Shown: piece by piece, positions 11,418 through 24,199 of the stretch
How the letters are laid out: each line of letters starts with the position of its first letter
How positions within the stretch are numbered: the first letter of the stretch is position 1
Source of the DNA: Vicugna vicugna
Taxonomy: Eukaryota
Direction: 5' to 3'
Assembly (NCBI GenBank): GCA_013265495.1
Contig: MU058658.1
Span: 309,059 to 373,058, forward strand
DNA length: 64,000 nt
Position numbers and translations under genes: made by a program
The notes under the pieces: model-generated
The model's database searches: none
What the model saw: only the letters and a program-made list of their open reading frames with translations
What the model was told of the DNA's origin: nothing

Positions 11418-12901
11418 TCAGACCAGAGGTTTCTCTGAAGTCTTTCCCTGTTTGCAATACACTTTACTGTGAACTTCTCGATGCCGAGTGAGGTGGGAGT
11501 TCTGGCTAAAGCCTCTCCCACAGCTGAGGCACTCATAAGGCCTTTCCCCAGTGTGAATTCTCCGATGTTTAATGAGGCTGGAGTTGTATCTAAAGACTTT
11601 CCCACATTCACTGCATTCATAGGGCTTTTCCCCGGTGTGAACCCTCTGATGAATAACGAGTGTGGAGTTGTCCATAAAGGATTTCCCACACTCACGACAC
11701 TCGTATGTTTTTTCTCTGGTGTGAATATTCTGGTGCCGGATGAGGTGGGAGTTTTGGCTGAAGAGTCTACCACACACGCTGCACTCATACGGCCTCTCTC
11801 CGGTGTGGTTTCTCCGATGCCTAATATGATTTGAGTTGTGCCTAAAGAGTTTCCCACATTCACTGCACTCATAAGGCCTTTCTCCCGTATGAGCTTTCTC
11901 ATGTCTCTCAAGTGTGAAGCTGTACCTGAAAAACTGCCCGCATTTGCTGCATTCAAAACGCCTTCCTCGAGTGTGAACCTTCTGATGGATAATGAGCGTG
12001 GCGCTGTCGACAAAAAGTTTCCCGCACACGCTGCACTGAAATGGCCTTTCTCTAATGTGAGCTCTTTGATGTCTCTTGAGAGTGAAGCTGTACCTAAAGC
12101 ATTTCCTGCATTCATTGCATTCATACGGCTTCTCTCCAGTGTGAACTCTCTGATGAACCACGAGTGTGGAGCTGTCTTTAACGCACCTCCCGCACTGGCT
12201 GCACTCATGAGGCCTGGGCCGAGGGTGGACGCGCTGGTGTTCAGGGAGGCCAGACCTTGGTGCGAAGAATCCTCTGTGTCCAAGGTGCTCATAAACCCTT
12301 GTCTCACTGTGAATTTTCTGGTGCTGGACCAGGTGGAACTTTCTGAGGAAGGGCTCGCTTTCGCTGCAATCAGAACGCTCTTCTCCAGCGTGGCCTTCCT
12401 GCTGCTCAACAACTCTGTGTTCATGGCCGAAGGCGCTCCCGCAGTCACAGCACCTGTAATCTTCCTGTCCACTTTCAAAGGTCTCCCTGCCCTCTGTGAC
12501 CCTGTGTGGCTCCCCTCCACTGTGTGGGGCCTGGGGCTGGAGAAGGCCTAACCTGGCCGGGAAGTCCTTCCCTCCCTCCCTGCACATCGGGGTCCTCCCG
12601 GCCAGGTGATCGCTGCACTTCTTCATGAACGAGGGCCTCCCCTTGTCCCTTTCGGATAGTTTCTCTCCACTCTGCTCCTTTCGGGGCTGGGAAAGACTTA
12701 CCCCACACATGGGCACCTCCCATTCAGGGTGTGTTCCGCTGGGCTCAGCCAGGCACAAAATGTCTTTCAGGAGCGGACCATGCATCTCACAAGGAGACTT
12801 CTGGGTGGGTGGAGCCAGCTCTGGAGCCTTGACCTGGGACATGCCAGTGGAATCACCTTGCTCTGAAGGAGCCTCTTCATCCTGGGCCCTGTGCCAACAA
12901 C
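11418..12901 (-). CDS. ZNF17: Last (zinc-finger) exon of a ZNF17-like KRAB-ZNF: 9 intact and 3 degenerate C2H2 fingers; full spliced protein about 541 aa
   Basis: Acceptor CTTACAG|G at 12902/12901, open to the stop at 11418. The fingers RHNSNHIRHRRNH, SQNSHLIRH and VFRYNSSLIKHRRIH match human ZNF17 as I recall it. Confidence 0.85.
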
Positions 12902-13471
12902 CTGTAAGGAGAGAGATCGAGGCAGCCTTGTCAGAAATGTGCATCAGACACACCCACCTGCAAGGCCCTGTGAAGGCTGACACCCCGGCCCAGAGCCCAT
13001 GCACGGAAGGCCTGCTCTGCGGAGCTGAGTTTGGGAAGCTCACATGACAGAAGAGCCCAGGTGACGAATAAGGACATGAGGAAGGGGGGCAGGGTCTACA
13101 ACTTCCTCCTCTGTAAATGGCTCTCAACCAGGCCTGGTTGCTGGTGACCAGTGAGCAGTGAGTAGAAGGTTGTGTCCAGGCCCACAATATCTGAGTGCAA
13201 CACAGGAGCCAGGGTATGAGGTGTGTTTAAGGACACATGCAGGTGCCACAACACTTTAAGTGTAAGTCAAATGCTGAGAGCACTGCAGAGGGAGCCATGG
13301 GAGGGAAGGGGTAAGAACCAGGGCCAGAGGCTAAGAGTAGGAATATCAGCAGGAAAGAAAAGGTAGAAGTGAGGTGTGGCCTCCGTCTCTGTCACCACAC
13401 ACTGGTGACATAGGATGAGTGCCCAGTGATTGGAACCCAGCTCTGGTATCTCACTGCTTCCCAACTCCCAC

Positions 13472-13582
13472 CTGCCAGGGCCACAGTCTCCTGATGTTGC
13501 AAACAACAGCCACCCTGTCGGGCACCCGGGGCCCTGGTACTGCTCATGGTGAGCAACCACCTGGGCCTGAAGAGGGGCCAGT
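13472..13582 (-). pseudogene. Degenerate KRAB-B-type exon of the ZNF17-like gene
   Basis: Homologous to the 123-nt exons at 42599-42721 and 63199-63321, but with indels and altered splice sites. Confidence 0.6.
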
Positions 13583-14060
13583 CTAAGGAGAAAGACAGGG
13601 CAAGGGAGTGGGACCCACCTTGTGAAGCCCCACATTCTAAAATCACAAGAACATCAAAGGAGGGTCTCTGAAGAAAGAACCCCGCGGTCCCCACAAGCAG
13701 TGACCAGGTCAGTGTCTGAATGTCCCGGCACAGGCAGGCACCAAAGTCTGTCAGCAAAAGGCAGGGGAAGCCTGGGACGCTGAGGTTCCATGCCTCTGGA
13801 CAGGGTCACCCCACTGGGGACAAGCAGGGCTGGTGGGATCTTTTAGACAAACCTCAAGATTTCTGACCCTGAGCCCTGTCTTATAAAGTCTCAGGGCAGC
13901 AGGGACAGGGCTGCTTGGAGGGAAGGCGTGCAGTGCACCCAGCCCGGCCCTGGCACCAACCGCACACATGCAGGAAACCAGACAGGAAGCAAGGCCCCCG
14001 GTCTCAGCATGGGGAGGTCGGGGGTGCCCCCGGGAAAAGGAGAAGAACAGACCCCACTCA

Positions 14061-14222
<162 letters not shown>

Positions 14223-15289
14223 TCAGGACAGGTCAGTCCACAAGCAGCTCCTTGGGCTGTACCCCTTCAGCCTGCTCTGTGTACTGGCCATCCATGAATT
14301 ACAGGGCCAGATGAGCCGCCAAGTATGTTTATCTCTCCCCCATGATTCAGAGCCCGCTGTCTGAGCCACCTCCTCACCCCACGCTCATGCACCAAGTCAG
14401 CCCAGAGCCAGGTACCAGACAGCAAGGGACGGCTCCTCAGCTGGAAAACCCACCAGAATTAGTCAAACCAGTAAATCCTAAGCTCTTCATCTTACTCTCC
14501 ACACTTTTTCCGGGGAAAATCCCAAAAAAGGCTCTGGGCTAGGTTTCCCCATGCTCCTCCTTCTGACTCCTGAACAAATCTGGGGCTTCCCAACGCAGCC
14601 CAAGGTGGCCTCATGTTCACTGTACACGTGGGAAATGTAAGTACTAAAAAGTTTTTTCAACAACATCGACCTCTCCGTGGCCTCACTTACTCGTTTACGT
14701 CCATAAGCTAAAATCTGGTGGGTATGATGGTTCGCACACTTACTCCTCAGGATCATCAATAATTTCCCCCACACGTGCCTACCCTCCTCACCCTCCTCCC
14801 AACTTCCCGTGTGGGACAGTTACCATGTCCTGGCAGCGCTGCTGCCGGCTCTCCCACGCCCACTGATTGCTGCATCCAGCACGCGGTACAAACCGGCAGA
14901 GGAGGCAGCAGAACAGCACCAGATAGGCCCTGGCCTGGCAGGGGGGCTCCACCTCCGGCTGTCAGGTAATTCCCCTCGGATCTCACCTCCCAGACACCCA
15001 GACCCAGTCTCCTCGCTCTACCTCCAGTGCGCAGTGTTACACCTGGGGGTGACCACGCACCTTCCTCACCTGTACAGCACTCTGGACTCATTTCCCTCAT
15101 GACTCTGGTGACTCCACTGAAAGCCCCAGGCCCACCCCTTCGGACATACTGGTCTGCATGTGGAATTCAAGCAGCACATGACAAAGGCAACCAGCACCTC
15201 CATCAGCCCAGTCTTGCCCCAGAATGCCAAAGTGCCCTAGTGCCAGAGAGCACTCAGTCCTCATCAGAAGGTCTCCCCACTGGACCATT

Positions 15290-15410
15290 TCTTTTTCTTT
15301 CTTTTTTTAAAAATTTTTTTGGGGGTATGTTTATTCATTCATTCATTTTTAGAGGAGGTACTGGGGATTGAATCCAGGACCCTGTGCATGCTAAGCATAT
15401 GCTCTACCTC
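15290..15410 (-). mobile_element. tRNA-Ala-derived SINE
   Basis: GAGGTACTGGGGATTGAATCCAGGACCCTGTGCATGCTAAGC preceded by a T-rich tail. Confidence 0.85.
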
Positions 15411-16649
15411 ACAGTGCTTGGCACTTGCTCATTTCTGCCCTGCGCCCATATTGTCTCAAAAGTGGACTTGATTTCCTCTCTCCACCTAGCCTCATTCAAA
15501 GCTGCAGACTATCAACACTTCTAGCTAGTTTCCCCCTTAACTAACAGACCAGTCTGAATAAAACAATTCAGAGAAGGTCACCTCAAAACCTTCCTGAATC
15601 CATAGCAGGTTAATAAACCCTGCCCTGACCTCACTGACATCTGACTTTCTTCCTGGAGATAACTCAGCATCCATCTCACATCCATTGTCCCCTCAGAAGG
15701 CTTCATGACCCTACACTCCCCCAGTGAGGTACACCTACAGCCACTCTGGCTCCTCACTGTCATCTGTGACCCCCCCCAACTCACATGCCCACGTGAGATG
15801 CAGGTTTGGCCCCTCCTTCCCTACCCTGCCCCAAATGGTACCACTATCGTATCATAAAGAGGCCCTTCTGAAGTCTGACCCACAGCTTTATTGGGGTCCA
15901 CACACTGGCCCCCATATTGTGGCTGTCTCCAACCTGAATGCCTCCACTTGACTCCAGACCCATGGATCCAACCTGCTGACTGCACATGTCCACTCAGAGT
16001 CTCTGGAACATTTGTGATGTGGCCAAAATTTGATTCCTGATATCCTCTGTGAAAATCCCTCCTACCGCTGACTTTCCACATCTTAACTGATGGAATATCC
16101 ATTCGTTCTTCCCAGCGAGGCCAAAAGCCTCAGGACTGTCCTGACTCCGCCCTTGCAACTCATCTCTCCATCTCCTTCACTTTCTGTATCAGAAAATGCG
16201 TGCAGCTCTGTGCAGAACACGACCCAGAGCCAACCACTCACCGCCCTGCACAGCCACCACTCCTGTCCAGGGAGCATCGGTGCTCCCCTGCACGGAGGCA
16301 GTAACTTGCTCACAGGTCATCCTAACTTCTCCTTCACCCCTACAATCTATCCTCTACTCCACAGCCACAAGGAGCCTGTTACAATCAGGGCCAAATCACC
16401 TCCCTCCACTGTTTCAAACCTTTCCTAGTTCCCACTGTCCTCAGGTTAGAGGCCCAGAACTAAGGCTGTCGTTCTAGGCCTGATCCCTGCACGCCTGACC
16501 TCCCACCCTGCTGCCCGGCCACCCTGCTCCCTGCACCATCACACGTAACAGGAATCTGCCGGTTCCTAACTGGCCCTGTAAAGAGTCACCTGCAGGCACT
16601 AGAACCAGCATGCATGCCACATCTCACCCTGTCGGGTGTCAGAAATGGA

Positions 16650-16770
16650 GGGGGTGTGTGTGTATAGCTCAGTGGTAGAGCGCAAGCGTGAGGTTCTGGG
16701 TTCAATACTCACTGCTTCCAGTAAAAAAAAAAAAAAAAAAAAGAAGAAGAAGAAGAGAAAAAAAAAGAGA
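16650..16770 (+). mobile_element. tRNA-derived SINE
   Basis: TATAGCTCAGTGGTAGAGCG...GGGTTCAAT with a poly-A/(AAG)n tail, flanked by an AGAAATG direct repeat. Confidence 0.85.
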
Positions 16771-16954
16771 AATGAAACTGATCCATACAAGACAGGACTG
16801 AGTTCAGGACCCCAGGCTCTTTGTGGAACCTCAGAGTCTTCAAGAAGGAGCACAGGTGCAGAGTCTCAGAAGGCCCCCACTCCACATACGGGGGTGCCTA
16901 AACCATCAGGGTGACCACTGGGGTGGCTGAGAAGCTGGGACACAGTCTGTTCAT

Positions 16955-16994
16955 CTGTGTAGGTCATTAGCACTTCTACCACCACTAGGGGACC
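16955..16994 (-). pseudogene. Dead micro-exon 2 of the ZNF17-like gene
   Basis: Homolog of the 42-nt exon at 31717-31758. The acceptor is intact, but the exon is 40 nt and the donor reads CAG|AT. Confidence 0.65.
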
Positions 16995-18539
16995 CTGTGG
17001 GAAGAGGGAAGCCATAAGAAATGGGCAACCATGGTAAGATACTACAACCTGAGCTGGACCACCAACCCCACCTTGCCCTGGAGCAAAGGGATTTCAGCCT
17101 GATGGTCTAAATTGCTGACTCTTACTTGCTGTGTGACTCTGAAAGATGGACTCTCCCTGGGCCTCAGTGTCCACACCTGTAAAATGGGAATAAGAATGGT
17201 TTCAACTCACAGGGCTGATGCTGATAGCAAACATAAGTAGTGCACACTATGTGTCAAGAGTTCTGCCCACAGAGTCAATGGTTTTGTGTCTGTTTTCAGG
17301 ACACAAGAACTGGGAGGGTTTTGAAATTTGGGCTGTATATTTTTACTGCTTTTGAAGATTTTAAGAGGATGTGATATATAAAATTTTACATCATAAGCAA
17401 ATACTTAAAGGCATATTAATATTCACACCAATTATTGTGTTTGGATAGATTTAACTAACTCAACATGTTAATTTCTATTGCCTGCCTATGTGTACGTATT
17501 TAGAGGGATACTAGTTTATTAATGTTTAAGTCAGTAACTGTTTCATGGGTGCTTAAGTTAATGAGTTGCAGGGAGGAACGGAGCAGGCAGGTCATCTACA
17601 AGTCCTTTCAAGCCTGCCTACAACATAATTCTCTGCAGGAGGAGCATGCAGAGAGCCCTTGGCCAGACAGAGGACTGTCCCTCTTGCTCTGAGGGCCGGA
17701 GGAGGCGAGGCAGTGCCCTGATCTGGGACTGAGCTGCTCCACCAACCCAGCTGACCTCTGCCTTGTGCTACAGACTGTGGTCTTGAGGGCCTGCTATGCC
17801 TTCAATGGGAAGAATCTACACCAACTCACAACTCAGCCTCCATCCCAGGTCAGCTCCTCACCCCATGTACATCTACCTTCCTACAAACACAAGCCAGAAT
17901 TCATCTTGCAGCAGGACTGCTCCTCTCTGGAGGAGCGTCAGGGATGCATACCCACGTGCCCCACCCTCCGGGCTCAGGCTTCCCACACCTCACCACAGAG
18001 CCCATCTGAAATAACAACCTGAAGACTCCCTTTCTTCAATCAGACCTCTAGGCTAAGACCTGGTCCAGTCCACTACCTGCACCCTATTGAAAGCTCCAGA
18101 CCTGAGACCTTCCCAGGTCTCCAGACCATTACGTCCACCTACCCATGAAATGTCTCCAACTTCTGACATCTCCAACTTGAGACATCTCAGAATAACTATG
18201 TCCAAACACAACTCATGATCTTCTCTCTCAATCCTGTTCACTGCACTGATTCCTCATCTCCACTCCTTCAATGTTCAAGTAAAAACAATTGGGATGCTCT
18301 TTCATTCCTTACTTTTGCTCACAGCTGTATCTGATGCAGCAGGAAATCCTGTCAATTCTATTTTTACGATCGATCCAAACTCTTGTCATGTCTCTCCTCT
18401 ACTGCCGCTACTCTGGTCCAGCCCCTACCAGAATCCTCCTGGAGTCTGTTGCCATGTTCTCCAAACCAGTCTCCCTGCCACAATATCCCATCCACTTTTT
18501 AACAACTTTAAACTTCAAATCTGGATATACCCCTAAATT

Positions 18540-19510
18540 AGGTTCCTGGACCCAATTCCAACACGTGTGTGCAACGGAGGGTGGGGAAGAGGAGGGGGTG
18601 GTTCCCACACAACACCAAGCAATCTTCAGACAGGAGCAGGGTGCTGAAGAATTAAACTCAATTCTGACACTACCTACCGGGAACTAGCATCAGATTCCAT
18701 AGAATAAAGGTTCAGTCCTACACAACTGTTCCCCCTCCAGCACTTTAGATCTCAGTCTCAAGCCCAGGTCCTTACACCTGCTTCTGACTGGCAGCCTATA
18801 TCAGACAATCCCAAGCCCCTCTCCTTGGGTTCAAATAAAGTGCTAGAGTGGATCACAGACCTGAAAAGTACAGTTTACTTACCAGATTACTAGTTTATTA
18901 TAAAAAGGCATACACACACGTAACTTAAGGGGGAGGGTGTAGCTCAGTGGTACAGCACAGGCTTAGCATGCATGAAGTCCTGGCTTCAATCCCCAGTACC
19001 TCTATTAAAAACAAACAAACAAAAAGGCATAACTCAAGAACAGCCAGACAGAAGAGGTGCACAGGAGCTTCCATGCTCTCTGAGTGTGTCGCCCTTCCAG
19101 CGCCTCCATGTCTTCACCAACCTGGAAGCTCTCTGAACCCTGTCCTTTTGGGTTTTTACAGTGGCTCGATTACACAGATATGACTGATTCAATACTTGGC
19201 TATTAGGGCCAGGTTCCACGTCCAACCACTCTTCCCTTCTTGAAAGGTGGGAGGCGGGTGCGGGGACTGACAGTGCCAACCCTCTAATCATAAGGTTGGT
19301 TCTACTGATAACCAGCCTCCATCCTTAGGTGCTTCCGAAAGTCACCTCATTCGCATAACAAAAGATACCATCACTCTCAACACTTCGGAAATTCGAAGAG
19401 TTGTGGGAGTTGTGAGACTGGAACTGTGGACCAAGACCAAAGACACATGAGAAATACATTTCGGTCATCGGAATACCAAATCTGCATTCCTCCTAAATCA
19501 CAATATAGCG
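18540..19510. mobile_element. MER21-like LTR, interrupted by a SINE
   Basis: CAATTCTGACACTACCTACC...AGCATCAGATTCCA...CAGTCC matches MER21-family sequence as I recall it. Confidence 0.65.
18929..19030 (+). mobile_element. tRNA-Ala-derived SINE
   Basis: GGGGAGGGTGTAGCTCAGTGG...TTCAATCCCCAGTACCTC followed by a (CAAA)n tail. Confidence 0.9.
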
Positions 19511-20260
19511 GCGTCTCCCAACCCGACTCCCCAACCTCCCACGGATTCCCGCTGCTCAGGCGGCCGTTTCAGGGGAGACACCTCCTCCCCTCCCCGGGTC
19601 CCCGGCGCTGCCCACCGCGTAGCACCCGCGAGCCTCGCACAGGCGGCCCCGGGGGAGCTCCCTCCCGCACCCCTTCCCACCCGCTGGAAGGGCGACCCCT
19701 CCAGGGCCGCCCTCTGCTCTGGACACGGGCGTGACCGGCAGGAACTGAGCGGGCGCCCCTCCGTCCTGACCTGGACTCGGGGGTGGGGGTCGGCCGGGTG
19801 GGGCCCGGGGACGCAGCACCCACCTGAGCGGGGCTCATCGGCGCGGCCTCGGCCACCGGCCGGTAGGAGAGAGGGGCCCGGAGAGGCGGGGAGTGGGGCG
19901 GGAACGAGGGCACCGCCGTCACTCACGCCGCCGCTGAGCAATGGCAACAACGTCTTTCCTCCCGCTTTTCCGTTCCGTCCCCTCAGGTCCCAGCAACCGA
20001 CGCTGAGGCAGCGAAGGGGTGAACGGCGCGACAGCAAACAAAAGACAGCAAGAAACAACGCCGGAAGTCCCGCCCTCACTCGATGCGCACGCACGTATGC
20101 GTCCTTCCCCTAAGGTTTCATTGGCTCAGTCTCCGCCGAGCACCGTAGTGACTTCTGGGTAATGTAGTTTCTGCTGCCGCCACGCCTACCAGCGGTCAGA
20201 GCGGAACTCACTCAAGGAAGGCCTAGGGGCTCTGTCAGGGGCGCGGGGCGATCGCTGGCT
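19500..20260 (-). promoter_or_regulatory. CpG-island promoter of the ZNF17-like gene
   Basis: ETS CCGGAAGT at 20061-20068, NRF1-like TGCGCACGCA at ~20084, CCAAT (- strand) at 20120-20124, ZNF143/SBS-type CTGGGTAATGTAGT at 20155-20168. Confidence 0.85.
19824..19838 (-). CDS. ZNF17: Coding part of exon 1 of the ZNF17-like gene (MSPAQ)
   Basis: ATGAGCCCCGCTCAG|GTGGGT inside the CpG island; phase 0 matches the KRAB-A exon. Confidence 0.75.
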
Positions 20261-22344
20261 CTAAGGATGGGGCTTACTCATAAAGGGGACACACCCAGAC
20301 TTTGAGAGCAGTCTTGGAAAAGCCCAGAAAGGTTAGGGACCTGTGATTTCAGACCGTATGAAGCACAGCAATTTCCCAAATCTACACACTCGAAGGGACA
20401 CGCTTTACGTCAACTCATAGCTGTCAGCTATCTTGTTGCTTGTCGAATAGATGTCGACTGATGTTTTGGAGGCCGTTTCATGATCTCCAATACGCAAGAA
20501 AAGACGCCAGGCGGGGCAAGAAGGAGAGCTGGAGAGATGATCAGTGATTGTGTTCCAACCTGGCGAGAAACACTTTTATTAAGATAATATTTATTACTCT
20601 CTGAGTTATCTTCCATTTCTTTTAAGGATCTGAAACTTACTGTAAAGGGGAACCAATTATCACACCACTTCCTGCCAAGATAGCATGTGGGCTTCTAACC
20701 ATCGAAGCCTACGCTTGCAAAGGAGGCACTTTTCTGGGAAACAAATGTTTGGGATTCCATGATCTCATCTCCTCGATGGGAACTGATTTATCAATTCACC
20801 CGAAATTGTAATAACAGTGAATGTGCAAGGAGTTTAAATTATCTCTGAAAAATATTTATGAAATGGCTTCTACAAAAACTTATTATGTACTTACTCAACA
20901 AAATTGGCAAAAATAGTTCTAGAGAAACATATTACGGTGTAATAAAGTTAAGAGCTCAGTGAAATTTGAGCGAGAGATGGTGAAGTCTGAAAAGCCAGAG
21001 AAATGAAGCTGAACCTGACTGTGCTGAAACTTTGGCCACACTCACAGTTTCACCTACAAACTGTGATTCCTTTTCAAACTGGAAAACATTGGGCTCTAAC
21101 AACTTGGAGGGATAGGTCGAGATGCCACTTTGAAAAACTTACTGGAAATGTAAAAATGAATAGGGGAGCCAGGCTGTCATGTGTATTTACCGCTCTAACG
21201 AATCTTCAATAAGCCCCTCCTGGGTCTCAGACACAGTGGCAGGTTTATGAAACACATCAGGAATTACGTGGCCAGCTGTTCCATGTATACAGGAAACTTC
21301 CTTTATTTAGTGATTTTTGTCCCGGTTCCTGTGCTGATTTGTCAGGACGCCTTTAAACTCCCATAGTCAGCTTTTTGCAATGCTTTACGAAAACTTAACA
21401 CAATGCAATTGTACAATCAGTATTGGAAATGATGGGCACTCAACTATAAGCCAGCATGTAATAACAAGCATTAAGAGATGTAAGTTTCCCACTACTAGCA
21501 AAGAAGACGATAAAAATAAGATTGTTATTCAGAGGACTGTGAATTAAAAAGATTTTTAAAAAATCAAAGGGGAAATTGTAATGGTCTTCCACACTGGACA
21601 TCACCATCTGCCCTCAGCTCACAGTGCCACTTTTAAGCCTATGTCTCAGTAAAGAATGTTCAATGGGTAAAGGAATGAACTAAGGTGGATGAGACTACCC
21701 TGGAAGCTATGAAACAAACTAAATGGAATATAGAGCATAACTACAAGGAATTTTATAAACAAATCCTGCAAAACAAGAAACTGTAAAGGAGATGCAAATT
21801 ACCAGGGAAATGTAATTAAAGAAAAAAGTATGAAACTCAAGTATATTGTCTTCAGATACACAAATGAATTTTATAATAAGCATGTCCCATGCAATATTTT
21901 TCTTTTATTTCAGTGTATATATGCACAAGGAGTTAGAAAAATAATCATATTTTACTGGGCCAGATATTACTTACTAAATCTGGCAAGCCTACATTTCCAC
22001 ATTACACCTAAAAACCTACTCAAATAATTTCTGCTGCTCATCTCCTCAACAGTAAGTTCTGCTTGCTGGGAGGCCTTTGTTCTTAAGGGAGAAAACCTCC
22101 AGGAGAAGAGTAATATTATTAAACCTGAACTGGAACTTGAGACAGCTACTTGGTCATTTTGGGCTTCCTCTGCCACGTAAGCAAAAAGGGAAACGCTCCA
22201 CTGCCTGGGTGATGATGATCACACTTTATTACCAAGAGAACATTGAGTAGCTCCTCTCACTGGGAAGCCTGGAGCACTATGTCTGAAATCTGGGGGATTC
22301 TCCGAGGAATATAATGGTAAGTCTATGTCCCCAAATAAACCTGC

Positions 22345-22915
22345 AATGCACTATATACAATAGCCAAGACATGGAAGCAACCTAACTATCCATTGAAAGA
22401 TGACTGGACAAAGAGGTTGTGGTATATTTATACAATAAAATACTACTCAGCCACAAAAAAGAATAAAATAATGCCATTTGCAGCAACAGGGATGGACCTG
22501 GAGACCACAGTTAGCCAGAAAGAGAAAGAAAAATATCATATGCTATCACTCACATATGGAATCTAAAAAGAAAAAGAAAAAAAGGACACTAACGAACTCA
22601 TCTACAAAACAGAAGCAGACTCGCAGACATAGTATACAATCTTATGGTTACTGGGTGAAAGGAGATGGAAAGAGATAAATTTGGGAGTTTGAGATTTGCA
22701 AATGATAACCTACTTATATAAAAATACATAAAAACCAAGTTTCTTCAGGTGTAGCCCAGGGAACCATATTCAATAACTCATAATAACATTTAATGAAAAA
22801 AAATATGAAAACGAATATATGTATATATATATGCATGACTAGGACATTATGCTGTACACCACAAATTGACACACTGTAACTGACTATATATTTCAATAAA
22901 AAATTTTTTTTTAAT
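22345..22915 (+). mobile_element. 5'-truncated L1 3' end with target-site duplication
   Basis: L1 3'UTR motifs and AATAAA tail; direct repeat AATAAACCTGC at 22334-22344 and 22916-22926. Confidence 0.92.
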
Positions 22916-23027
22916 AATAAACCTGCTGTGACACAATGAGAGCAGGACCCTTGGGAAAGTCAGACTGTTCCAGTTTGAATTTTTGGTACATCCACTATTT
23001 AAAAACAATGAAACAAACAAGCAAACT

Positions 23028-23125
23028 GGGGGAAGGGTAATAGCTCAGTGGTAGAGCACATGCTTATTAGCACGCATGAGGTCCTGGGTTCAATCCCTGG
23101 TACCTCCACTGAAAAAAAAAAAAAC
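23028..23125 (+). mobile_element. tRNA-Ala-derived SINE
   Basis: TAGCTCAGTGGTAGAGCACATG...GAGGTCCTGGGTTCAATCC with a poly-A tail and AAACTG flanking repeat. Confidence 0.9.
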
Positions 23126-24199
23126 TGCCAAACTGAAGATCTGTCAAAGCCAAAGTGGTAGGATGGGAGATGGAAAATGAGTGAAAGATAAACTAACGTT
23201 CAACACATGACCAGTTAAGTAAACAAGAACACTCACTACTGTGGGTACCTTCTTCCTCGTTCAGGTGGGAGTGACTATACAGATAGACAATGGTCACACC
23301 AAACGTACACCAAAACTCAAGCCACAATCTGTGCCATCCTATCCAAACTGCCAACGTAGTACCTACAGTAACTAATCCAGGGAGTCAGATTACTATCTTC
23401 AGCCAGGAAGCCAAACAAAAACCTATTGTCATGTGTCATGATTGGCACAAACAACATTAGTAAGTGACAGCTTCCCTAAATTTGTCCACACTTCCAATCT
23501 AGGGCCAACTGGAGAAAGAAAAATATGCATCAATAACTAATCACATAGGATTACAACTTCTACATAGCCCCCCCTAAATCTTCCACATGACAGTAGCCTC
23601 CAATCAAGGCACACACAGCTTAGGTTTTGCTACCCCAGCACTGGGGTTCCTGGGGAGGGCTCAACTCGGCTCCTGGGTTTCTTCATTCTCTGTATTCTCC
23701 TGGTGCTCACTCTGATCTGAGGGGGCTGTACTCTGCCCCATGACCTTAACAAGACTGGTTGATTTTCCAGTGTCTTCGGATGTTTACTTGCTGTTAGGAT
23801 GCAGTGGCAACTTCCAGCTTCTTACATGCCAGCAGAGAAAACCGAAGTCCCTCCATCTGCTCCTATTTTGTTCATTTCTAGGGTCTAGACATCCTATTTC
23901 TTGACAAGAATCTAAAACCTGTATGTCCGAAATTACCTAAAAATAGGCACATTTAGATAGTTTAAGATTCTTCTCTCAACCTCTCAAATCTCTAAATTTT
24001 GACTGTCATGAGCTTTCTGAACCAAAGCTTCAGACTTAATCAATTCTGTCATTAAATATTTTGTGCATATTTGGATTTTAAAAATACGACCAGTCGCATC
24101 TGTGATTTTCTTAGTTCTCACTGTAAAACTAAATCTTTTTTGATTTCCTGTTCTATGATGCCTGTTAACCTTTCTAAATTTTAATTTTCTCAAAAAAGT

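Noticed and set aside
11405..12551. 371-aa same-strand alternative-frame ORF and antisense ORFs over the ZNF17-like fingers
   Set aside because: Long stop-free alternative and antisense frames are an expected by-product of C2H2 repeat codon usage. The 371-aa ORF starts at GTG and does not reach the exon start.
12902..13187. N-terminal extensions of the long ZNF ORFs in the track (also 27791-27830, 43254-43314, 62547-62892)
   Set aside because: These are intronic read-through upstream of canonical splice acceptors.
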